Positions 56,566-64,000 of a DNA stretch of 64,000 nucleotides are shown piece by piece; position 1 is the stretch's first letter; every line of letters begins with the position of its first letter. The notes under the pieces are model-generated. The model saw only the letters and a list, made by a program, of their open reading frames with translations, ran no database searches and was not told the origin of the DNA. A program made the translations under genes and the position numbers. The stretch is from a virus, in the IMG/VR virus record IMGVR_UViG_3300036770_003016; one strand, given 5' to 3'.

Positions 56566-57616
56566 TTAAAGCCTCTAAGTATATTTCTTTTATAATAGAC
56601 TTCATTTTTTTTGGATCAATATCTTCCGTCAAATTGTCTATTACCTTATTTATAATAGTTAGAGTATCTTCTGCCTGATCTATTAGTTCTTGATCGTCTT
56701 CTAGAATCAGATCATTAAAGTCTTCAACAATAGACAAATCAGCCACACCAGTTTTGTAAATCAAATCTACTACATGATCAAAGAGAAATGGGTTTTGTTT
56801 ATTCACTACAACAACTTTCACATAGGTATCTTTGAGTGACGAGAAATCATAATTCTTCCAAGATTCAAAGTCTGTTTTAGTGTCATCATATACTACTTTA
56901 TTAAACATAGTATTAGTATTCTTCACAAACTGCATCTCTCTAGTAGCAGTATCAAATATATGAAACCCTTTTGGATCATTGTGATCTGCCCATGTCATTT
57001 CGTATGGCGTACCAACATAGGTAATATTACCGTCTGTAGATTTGTGATGAAAATGCCCAGACAGAACTATATCATACTTGGAAAGAACCTTTTTGTCAAG
57101 CCCATGATCACAAACATTGCCTTTATCCATTTCAAAGCCTGCAATCTCAAAGTGACCAAAACATATCTCAGACTTTGTTTTTTTCATTTTCTGAAAGATT
57201 TGTTTCTCATTCTCGTCACACATCCAAGGTACGATATCAATCGGCACACCATCAAATTCTACGGTATCAAAAACGTCATAGTATTTGATACACTGGTATT
57301 CATTTAACAATAGACCAGTTGAGTTTACCTCAAGTGTATTTTTAAATGCAACATCGTGATTGCCAAGTAGTGTATGTAGTTTGATGCCAAGATTTTCACA
57401 ACGATCAAAAAAGTATCTACGGCAGAGATGTAGTGTATTGAAGTTGATGAATTTTCTGCGATCAAACAAATCACCCATCTGAAATATAACTTCAATATCA
57501 TTTGCCTTTAGATAAGGAAAGAATATCTCATCATAAAATTTTTTGAAGTAATTGTGAAAGTCTAACGAATCACCTCTAGCCCCAAAGTGTGTGTCACCGA
57601 GTATACAAAGTTTCAT
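56546..57616 (-). CDS. 47: Recombination endonuclease subunit (gp47, Mre11/SbcD-like)
   Basis: GDTHFG, GDLFD, GNHD, SGHFH. Confidence 0.96.
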   Translation of the reverse strand: MKLCILGDTHFGARGDSLDFHNYFKKFYDEIFFPYLKANDIEVIFQMGDLFDRRKFINFNTLHLCRRYFFDRCENLGIKLHTLLGNHDVAFKNTLEVNSTGLLLNEYQCIKYYDVFDTVEFDGVPIDIVPWMCDENEKQIFQKMKKTKSEICFGHFEIAGFEMDKGNVCDHGLDKKVLSKYDIVLSGHFHHKSTDGNITYVGTPYEMTWADHNDPKGFHIFDTATREMQFVKNTNTMFNKVVYDDTKTDFESWKNYDFSSLKDTYVKVVVVNKQNPFLFDHVVDLIYKTGVADLSIVEDFNDLILEDDQELIDQAEDTLTIINKVIDNLTEDIDPKKMKSIIKEIYLEALNVDQNS

Positions 57617-57794
57617 GTTGTAATTGTGTCTTCAAATGTTCAATTTCTGTTTTTAATTGCAACTTCTTTTTCTTCATTGAGGTAACAAGTGCATCATTAC
57701 CATAATGTTTTTCTTCTTTAATTATTTCGGCATCTAGTTCACGATGTACTTTCTCTAAGTGTACCAGATGATGTTCAAGTTTTTCTTTATCCAT
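57594..57794 (-). CDS. DUF465/YdcH-like coiled-coil protein
   Basis: H.ELD.EI, KKKKLQLK.EI. Confidence 0.7.
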   Translation of the reverse strand: MDKEKLEHHLVHLEKVHRELDAEIIKEEKHYGNDALVTSMKKKKLQLKTEIEHLKTQLQHETLYTR

Positions 57795-57807
57795 AATATT
57801 TTCCTAT

Positions 57808-58314
57808 TCATGCTTTTTGTTTCTTTTTGTTTTCTTTTGCTTCTTCAAAGTTATGAATGAATTCAGAGATGTTGTCATAAAGTTGAAACTGTTGCATATG
57901 GCCATCTGCGTCTTCAAACATTTCCATTTCATCAAATATGCCAAATTGTTCTGTTGCCTTATACTTGACATATAGTTGCTTTTTTTCTCTAACTATTCTT
58001 CTTAGAAAAGCATAATATATGATTTGAGTAAAATATGCAAATGGATTGTTACTCTTTGCCGGGTTAAAGTTACGAAAGTACATAAGGCAATTTTCTATAC
58101 CATCTGAAATCATTTCATCTCTAAAAGAATAGGATACAAAATTTGGTTTACGAGAAAGGTGATCAGCTATCTTTAGAAAACATTCACCAATATAATTTGG
58201 TATAGGTGGGTCTGGTCTATTCTCTTTTTCAGCTACAGTACATGCCTCTTTGTAATCTATAAGGGCTTTTAGGAAGTCTGGGTTGTTAATGTAATGATTT
58301 GTTTTTCTACTCAT
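57808..58314 (-). CDS. 55: Late transcription sigma factor (gp55)
   Basis: HYINN, YIGECF.KIA, PNF..Y, NPFAYFTQI. Confidence 0.96.
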   Translation of the reverse strand: MSRKTNHYINNPDFLKALIDYKEACTVAEKENRPDPPIPNYIGECFLKIADHLSRKPNFVSYSFRDEMISDGIENCLMYFRNFNPAKSNNPFAYFTQIIYYAFLRRIVREKKQLYVKYKATEQFGIFDEMEMFEDADGHMQQFQLYDNISEFIHNFEEAKENKKKQKA

Positions 58315-58341
58315 GATATAGGCAATCTTGGTTAAATGTTG

Positions 58342-58370
58342 TTGACATGGAGCTTGACAGGTGTTATAGT
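58342..58370 (+). promoter_or_regulatory. Plus-strand (antisense) sigma70-like promoter
   Basis: TTGACA-17 nt-TATAGT with TG extension. Confidence 0.55.
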
Positions 58371-58390
58371 CTGGGTGTCCCGTTTGAAAA

Positions 58391-58822
58391 TTAATGTAGC
58401 TTATTATTCTTTTGCTCTTTCATTATCTCTTGCATCTCTTCTAAAGTTAGTTGTTGTTCTTCCTCATCGTAGTACTCATCTTCATCTTCTTCATCAGACA
58501 TCATTAAAGATTCACCAATCTGTTCATCCCCAAGTAGTTCTTCTGTTTGAAAAGCTGCATTGATATAATAAGAAACAAGTTCATCTCTTGGTTCTACAAT
58601 AGTAAGAATGTCAGATGCATCAATAATTGCTGAATTCTCTTTAATGAGTTCAACAGGTAACCAAGGCATCATCATCATAACAGTTTTACCAGTAGGTAAT
58701 CTTTTAAAGACAACATGCATTGGCTTATCTAGTAGAACCATATCATTATCTTTATCATCAGAATAATTTGCAATGATATCTTCACCAGATTGTAGTCGAA
58801 CTATTTTTATGTTATTTTCCAT
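58391..58822 (-). CDS. Conserved Sm-like T4-type hypothetical protein
   Basis: IVRLQSGEDIIA, MPWLP; acidic tail; between uvsW and 55. Confidence 0.75.
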   Translation of the reverse strand: MENNIKIVRLQSGEDIIANYSDDKDNDMVLLDKPMHVVFKRLPTGKTVMMMMPWLPVELIKENSAIIDASDILTIVEPRDELVSYYINAAFQTEELLGDEQIGESLMMSDEEDEDEYYDEEEQQLTLEEMQEIMKEQKNNKLH

Positions 58823-60281
58823 CTTTTAACTCTATGTTGTAAAATTTATAATTGAACTTCTCTTCATCATAGATTATACACCTAGCAATGAAATGTTTCA
58901 AGGTGTAATTGGCATATTTGCCTATACGAAAATCATCTGTGATATCAAATAAAGTTGCTTCTTCTTTGTTATCACCTTTACGAAGCCCACGACCTATGGA
59001 CTGAAGATTACGGATACGAGACTTGGAAGGAGAAGCAAAAACAATGTTGTGAAGATTACGAATGTTAATACCTGTGCTGAATGTTCCATAAGATGCCACA
59101 ATGATTGCATTGTTTTCTTTTTCTGTGATTTCTCTGACTGATTCTCTGACTTCGACATCTGTGCCTCCAAACACAAAAAATACATGTCTTTTACTTGCGG
59201 CTTCTTTAATCAATGAGTGTAATTGTCTGCCATGTTTATCTACAAGATTAAACAACACAAGTGTATTGCCTTCTAAAGAAAGAGTTAAATTCTTAATGAA
59301 TTCATTTCTTTTAGTGTTACTTACTATGTAGTTAATCTCTGTTTGATAGTCCCATTTCGTTGCTTGTTTGCAAATTTCTTCTGGGTACTTAAGTATTAAA
59401 CACTTGATCTTAAAATCTGCCAAATGTTTTTGTTCAATCAATTCTGAAGTTGTTGTTGATTGATATACAGGCCCAAACAATCCTTCTAGTACGAGTCTAT
59501 GTGTTTGTGTTCCATCAAGTGTACCTGTTGTGCCAATTCTATATTTGGCATTAGTGCAACCTGTTAGAATAGTGGTAAGTGATTTTGCTTTGAACTGGTG
59601 TGCTTCGTCACCAAGAACAAAATCAAACTGTTCAAAATATTCAGGATCATTTTTGTAGATAGATTGCCATGTAGATATAGTAAGAAACTTATCTATCGTG
59701 CGATCTTTACCTGAATACAATCTATGGCAATATTCATCTGAATCAAAACCGTATGATGAAAAATCTTTAAACATCTGTTCAACAAGAGAAGTTGTTGGTA
59801 CAATCAACAGGCCTTTCTTGTAGTCAGCCTCTAATAGGTATCTTACAATTAGATATATGATAAGTGATTTACCTGATGCCGTAGGAGATACGAGCAACAT
59901 TCTTTTGTTTCTTACAGAATGTACAAAAGATTTTAATTGATAGTCACGAACTTCATGTGGTATATTTAATGTATCGATAAATGCTTTTGCTTCAACTAAC
60001 GAATAATTCTCAGTAGTTGACACATCAGAATCTATTTCTAATGTGTATTCTCTTTCTTTACAAAATTTTTCAACATACGGTACTAATCCAAAATACAAAG
60101 TCTGTTCTCGTAATGAAAACAGACGAATGTATCCATCCCACATTTTATTTTTGTATGCAGGTACAAATTGAAATCCTGGTACTCTAAAAGAAAAGTATTG
60201 ATGTAACTCTTGAGCAAAATGTTTCTCACATTCTATGCGTATGTAAGACTCATTTATTTTATGTAGAACTAAATCTGCCAA
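58812..60281 (-). CDS. uvsW: SF2 helicase UvsW
   Basis: SPTASGKS, DEAH, TGT, QSIGRGLR. Confidence 0.96.
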   Translation of the reverse strand: MADLVLHKINESYIRIECEKHFAQELHQYFSFRVPGFQFVPAYKNKMWDGYIRLFSLREQTLYFGLVPYVEKFCKEREYTLEIDSDVSTTENYSLVEAKAFIDTLNIPHEVRDYQLKSFVHSVRNKRMLLVSPTASGKSLIIYLIVRYLLEADYKKGLLIVPTTSLVEQMFKDFSSYGFDSDEYCHRLYSGKDRTIDKFLTISTWQSIYKNDPEYFEQFDFVLGDEAHQFKAKSLTTILTGCTNAKYRIGTTGTLDGTQTHRLVLEGLFGPVYQSTTTSELIEQKHLADFKIKCLILKYPEEICKQATKWDYQTEINYIVSNTKRNEFIKNLTLSLEGNTLVLFNLVDKHGRQLHSLIKEAASKRHVFFVFGGTDVEVRESVREITEKENNAIIVASYGTFSTGINIRNLHNIVFASPSKSRIRNLQSIGRGLRKGDNKEEATLFDITDDFRIGKYANYTLKHFIARCIIYDEEKFNYKFYNIELKDGK

Positions 60282-60716
60282 TTAAACACCTTGTATAAAT
60301 TTTTCATACTCTATGAATCCTCTCAATTGATATGTTCTACTATTTAGCTCTTTTATAATGCTGATGCAAACCTCAACGATTTCTTCATACATAATTTTTT
60401 GAGCCTTGTACTTGTTCATATCTTCATCACTATCTAAGTATGTAGTGATATCGGATTTAAGTACAAAAGGAAATGGTTCCCAACCATACTGTTTCAGTTG
60501 AGCATCATCTAATTTGCCAGTATAGTATTCCCACTTTAACTTCTTCATCTTGTTATACTTAAACTCAGAGTCACGAATTGCTAGACGATAATGAGAAAGT
60601 ATGTTAAGATATTTACTGTGAAGTTTTGGAATGTCTAGAAGTGCTTTACCTGGTTCAGTACGATCAATCTCACTATCTTTACCCCACATCTCTAAAAGTT
60701 CATTTAATTTAACCAT
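60282..60716 (-). CDS. uvsY: Recombination mediator UvsY
   Basis: IPKLHSKYL, EYYTGK; synteny. Confidence 0.9.
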   Translation of the reverse strand: MVKLNELLEMWGKDSEIDRTEPGKALLDIPKLHSKYLNILSHYRLAIRDSEFKYNKMKKLKWEYYTGKLDDAQLKQYGWEPFPFVLKSDITTYLDSDEDMNKYKAQKIMYEEIVEVCISIIKELNSRTYQLRGFIEYEKFIQGV

Positions 60717-60734
60717 AGTTATCCTCCTATCTAT

Positions 60735-60763
60735 AGGATAACATAAACAATATTAGTTGTCAA
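60735..60763 (-). promoter_or_regulatory. Sigma70-type promoter for uvsY
   Basis: TTGACA-17 nt-TATCCT; the -35 overlaps the gp3 stop. Confidence 0.6.
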
Positions 60764-61314
60764 GCAGTATTTGCAGTTTCTACTTTTTCTACATCAAACA
60801 ATGTAAAACGGAATGTTGCATCTGCCGTTATGATAGAATCTGGACTTTCGGTAGTTGAAACAACAAATGATGATACCGAAATGGGGAATACATCATAGAA
60901 TTTGAAACGAATACTTGGCTGATTAGAAGAAGTCAATAAGGTAAGTGTTGCGTCAGAATATTGAGGCAATCTTGTGTTGATTGATCTGGCATATGAATTT
61001 AATTGAGGCAATGCTTTATATTCATCATAGTTAAATGGGAATGTCATTGCACGAATCCAATCGTGTATTTCTTTCCAAGCTGTTAGTTCTTCGTCAACAT
61101 AGAATGTAATATTCAATACATCGTATACTGGTTTTTCTCCAGGTAAATATATTTCAACAAATGGATTTGTTTGAGGCACTTCAGATGTTGCTATACCTGG
61201 TACATTTATTGTTTGGCAAAAGAATTGTAAATTTGGCGCTCTTGCGAACGACAAAAGAAATTTGTTTGATTGATATAGATTTGGATTTTTTGGATTTCTA
61301 ACTATTGCTGTCAT
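60760..61314 (-). CDS. 3: Tail completion/sheath stabiliser (gp3-like)
   Basis: FFCQ..NVPG, F.VDE.L..W.EI..W, SDATL, FP. Confidence 0.85.
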   Translation of the reverse strand: MTAIVRNPKNPNLYQSNKFLLSFARAPNLQFFCQTINVPGIATSEVPQTNPFVEIYLPGEKPVYDVLNITFYVDEELTAWKEIHDWIRAMTFPFNYDEYKALPQLNSYARSINTRLPQYSDATLTLLTSSNQPSIRFKFYDVFPISVSSFVVSTTESPDSIITADATFRFTLFDVEKVETANTA

Positions 61315-61517
61315 GTAGTTTTCTTTATATGAAGTGCTATGTCTATGATTTGTTCTTGCTCTATCATAGTTATAATCTTACTTGTTAAGCTTATTTCTTG
61401 TTGAATGAACAACATTTTCAACTGAAGTTCTTTCAATTGTTGATTATAGAATTCTAGCTCTTGTTGTTTTCTTGCCCGCATGTCGAGCAAATCTGTTATC
61501 ATTAGTATCTCGCTCAT
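61311..61517 (-). CDS. Coiled-coil hypothetical protein
   Basis: ORF track; follows a late promoter. Confidence 0.65.
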   Translation of the reverse strand: MSEILMITDLLDMRARKQQELEFYNQQLKELQLKMLFIQQEISLTSKIITMIEQEQIIDIALHIKKTT

Positions 61518-61522
61518 ACCAT

Positions 61523-61530
61523 TATTTATA
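61523..61530 (-). promoter_or_regulatory. T4-type late promoter
   Basis: TATAAATA. Confidence 0.75.
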
Positions 61531-61532
61531 AT

Positions 61533-61563
61533 AAAAAAAGGGAACTATTTCTAGTTCCCTTTT
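61533..61563 (-). terminator. Rho-independent terminator after gp23
   Basis: AAAGGGAACTA/TAGTTCCCTTT inverted repeat plus T run. Confidence 0.85.
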
Positions 61564-61601
61564 AAAGTCTCTTATTGTTATAAGAATAATTTGAGACTGA
61601 A

Positions 61602-62957
61602 TTACATTAAGTTTGCAATCTTGAAGCCACGGTAGTATACGTTGCTCATAGCACCAAGAGCGCCAAGACCTTGTGTAGTACCTTCTGCAAATGGGTTGGC
61701 AACTAGACCGTAACGAGTCTTGAAACCAATCTTTGGTTGGAAAGTACCTGTATCAACTGCACGAACCATTTGCAATGGTACGTATGGGCAGTAGAACATA
61801 CCAGCGTCATAGGCATTAGAACCTTTGTAACCAACAACTGCGAACTCAGATGTTGCACCAACTGGGAAATATGGGTCGATATAAACTTTGATACGACCAA
61901 ACAATGTACCAGCGTATGTGTTACCTGTATCGTCAACTGTTAGATTAACTTGACCTTGTAGAGCAGACTGATAATCAAGAATACCAGCCATTGCAAATGC
62001 GGAAGCAACATCAGAAGAACAAATCATGATGTTACCTTTCCCTCTACGAGTAAGTTTTGCAATTGTGTTTGCTTCTCTTTCGATTTGGAAAGCAAGACCT
62101 TTAACTTTTTCAACCATCCAGCGACCATTTGAATCTGTGTCAAGGTTGAAAGTACCGGCAGTTGTTGTACCTACTTGAGCACCAACTTTGGCAATCTTGT
62201 AGATTGTACGAATAACTTCACGGTTGATCTCTGCAAGAATTTCAGAAGAAAGAATATTTGCGAGTTCTGTTTCAGCGTCAAGACCATGAACTGCCTTAAG
62301 GTCTTGTGCGAGTTCCATAGAGTACTCAGCCTTAAGAGCACGGGTCTTAGCAGTAACAGTGACTTTCTCAATTGAGAAGGCCATTTCATTAAAGTCTGCG
62401 GAACCACCAGCAACATCTCCAAGAGATTCAGCTGTAGCAGTTGCCATACCAGCACCAGCAGCAACAGATGCAGATGTAAATGTGTTACCAGAACCTAATG
62501 CAGTATTAGCAGCAAGTGCGAGATCAGTCTGTGATGTACCTGCACCAGAGAATACTGTATTTGCTTCATTGTAGAAGGCTTCAGTATTAGTATTTGCCTG
62601 ACCGTCGTAACGAGTTCTCATTGCAAAAATAAGTCCTGTTGGACCTGTCATTGGCTGAACGCCGCAAACATCATAAGCAATAAGATTTGGTAAAGAACGG
62701 CGAACTAAAGAAATAAGAATTGGGTCGAAACCTGCAACTGGGCCGTATGCATCAGCAGAACCACCAAAACCGCCTGTGCCTACTTGTGATGTTGGACCTG
62801 CTTCTGTAAGAATATTAGAAGCTTTCTTCATTTCTACAGCTTGGTTCTCAAGAATAACAGCTGTAACTGCCTTACGATAAGGATCAGAAATTTTTGGAAG
62901 GTCTGGGTGCTCTAATACACCTTCCCATTTCTTTTGAAGTTGTTCTGAAAGATACAT
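61602..62957 (-). CDS. 23: Major capsid protein (gp23)
   Basis: LENQ, GVQPMTGPTGLIFAMR, LAQDLKAVHGLDAE, FYCPYVPL, GFKTRYG. Confidence 0.99.
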   Translation of the reverse strand: MYLSEQLQKKWEGVLEHPDLPKISDPYRKAVTAVILENQAVEMKKASNILTEAGPTSQVGTGGFGGSADAYGPVAGFDPILISLVRRSLPNLIAYDVCGVQPMTGPTGLIFAMRTRYDGQANTNTEAFYNEANTVFSGAGTSQTDLALAANTALGSGNTFTSASVAAGAGMATATAESLGDVAGGSADFNEMAFSIEKVTVTAKTRALKAEYSMELAQDLKAVHGLDAETELANILSSEILAEINREVIRTIYKIAKVGAQVGTTTAGTFNLDTDSNGRWMVEKVKGLAFQIEREANTIAKLTRRGKGNIMICSSDVASAFAMAGILDYQSALQGQVNLTVDDTGNTYAGTLFGRIKVYIDPYFPVGATSEFAVVGYKGSNAYDAGMFYCPYVPLQMVRAVDTGTFQPKIGFKTRYGLVANPFAEGTTQGLGALGAMSNVYYRGFKIANLM

Positions 62958-62971
62958 AAAATACTCCTTAA

Positions 62972-63991
62972 TTAAATTTTAGTTTTAGAAATTGCTTTTG
63001 ATACTGCGGCAACAAAAGGATCATTGATATTTTTGTTTGCATCTTCAGTATCTTCTACTTGTTCATGAAGTTGTTCTGCATCTGCCTTTTTAACGCCAGA
63101 TGGGAAATAGTTTTCACGGATTGTTTCAAGTTTTTCTTTGTACTCTTCCTCTGTGGAAAACTCTACACTCTCTGCGAGTGATTTGATTTTTTCAACTTGA
63201 GTTGCCGTTAAACCATCACATACTTCATAAGTAATTTGGGATTTGACAGACTCGACAAGAGCCTTTTTATACTCAACTGCACGCTCAATCTCTTCATTAA
63301 GTTTACCTTCAAGTTCTTCAACTTTACCAGCAAGTTCATCAACGAGATCGACTTTTTCAGCAGGAACATCAATATAATGTTCTGCAAATAGATTACGAAG
63401 ACCAGCAATAAATTCCTCAGAGAGTTCTGCACGAAGACCTGATTCAATTGCCAATTCGTTTTCTTTTAACCACTGCTCAACAACATAGTTGAGATAGTCA
63501 TCAACCTTTTCGGTTAATTCTGTTTTGATTGTTTCTACTGCTTCTTCAAGCATAGAAGCATAATCAGCTTCTAATTGTTCTTGAATCTGAAGAACTCTGT
63601 CATTAACACGAGCTTCAAAAATTGTAGAAACTTTTGATCTGAAATCTTCAGAGATTGTAGAATCATCACCAAAGATTGCATCTACATCTTCTTTAATAGA
63701 GTTTTGAAACTCTTCTTCAGAATCAATTAATTCTTGATCTTCATCAGTCTCTTCTTCTTCTTTTCTCAAGTTAGTAGAAGGCATTGCTGAAGATGCATCA
63801 GAAGGTTTTGTTGTTGGTGCAGTTGCACTCTTAGCTGCCTTTGTTGTATGAATCTTGTTAGAATCATCATCAGGTTTGCTATTTTGTGGAGTTGGACCGC
63901 CAAGGTCTACAACACCACCTTCTAATTTTTGTGGAGGCATTGCTGTAGCTTTACTCTTGCTTCCTGCAAGAATTTCTGCTGCTGCTTCCAT
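62972..63991 (-). CDS. 22: Prohead core scaffold protein (gp22); true start may lie beyond the window
   Basis: TIFEA, KVDDYLNYVVEQW, LFAEHYIDVP, RENYF; upstream of 23. Confidence 0.93.
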   Translation of the reverse strand: MEAAAEILAGSKSKATAMPPQKLEGGVVDLGGPTPQNSKPDDDSNKIHTTKAAKSATAPTTKPSDASSAMPSTNLRKEEEETDEDQELIDSEEEFQNSIKEDVDAIFGDDSTISEDFRSKVSTIFEARVNDRVLQIQEQLEADYASMLEEAVETIKTELTEKVDDYLNYVVEQWLKENELAIESGLRAELSEEFIAGLRNLFAEHYIDVPAEKVDLVDELAGKVEELEGKLNEEIERAVEYKKALVESVKSQITYEVCDGLTATQVEKIKSLAESVEFSTEEEYKEKLETIRENYFPSGVKKADAEQLHEQVEDTEDANKNINDPFVAAVSKAISKTKI

Positions 63992-64000
63992 TAGTTGATT

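Noticed and set aside
140-62574. Numerous plus-strand ORFs of 60-143 aa in the ORF track
   Set aside because: They are antisense shadows of clear minus-strand genes, with Ser/Phe/Leu-biased composition and no recognisable motifs
61703-63447. +1-frame ORFs inside gp23 and gp22 (similarly inside hsp20 and rubrerythrin)
   Set aside because: Explained by the CTT/GTT/ATT codon bias of highly expressed genes; no convincing SD, so not counted among the nested-gene candidates
1-64000. Stop-codon reassignment
   Set aside because: Core genes are intact under the standard code and all three stop codons terminate genes

Overview
This 64-kb window is part of a large, AT-rich T4-like myovirus genome. Almost all genes lie on the minus strand. 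In transcription order (right to left) it holds: gp22, gp23 and gp3; uvsY, uvsW, gp55, gp47, an HNH endonuclease and gp46; a peptide deformylase/hydroxylase/GNAT/methyltransferase cluster; a VWA + MoxR/CobS-like AAA pair; gp45, gp44, gp62, regA and hsp20; dCMP deaminase, an M15 peptidase, pstS, rubrerythrin and a MazG-like protein; gp43, uvsX and gp41; a 2OG-oxygenase with a second methyltransferase; a ~13-kb block of probable head-internal proteins; spanins; primase, thyX, nrdA and nrdB; phoH; a GIY-YIG homing endonuclease; and many small early ORFs. PstS and rubrerythrin resemble betaproteobacterial proteins, suggesting an aquatic Gram-negative host (inference from memory, no search run). 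The most notable observations are: (1) six proteins with T4-type capsid-targeting N-termini, in a block built from modules separated by repeated EEVELDE-type protease sites, including a nucleotidyltransferase-kinase fusion, a KxDG ligase-like protein and a PD-(D/E)xK-like nuclease; (2) a PlcP-like phospholipase plus glycosyltransferase inserted between nrdA and nrdB, which with pstS and phoH suggests phage-driven phospholipid phosphorus scavenging; (3) a recurring set of +1-frame ORFs with their own ribosome-binding sites nested inside core genes; (4) cis-elements including a leader pseudoknot, a structured intergenic RNA, duplicated operator-promoters and an antisense promoter beside gp55. 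No tRNA or CRISPR array was recognised. All calls come from motif recognition by eye.
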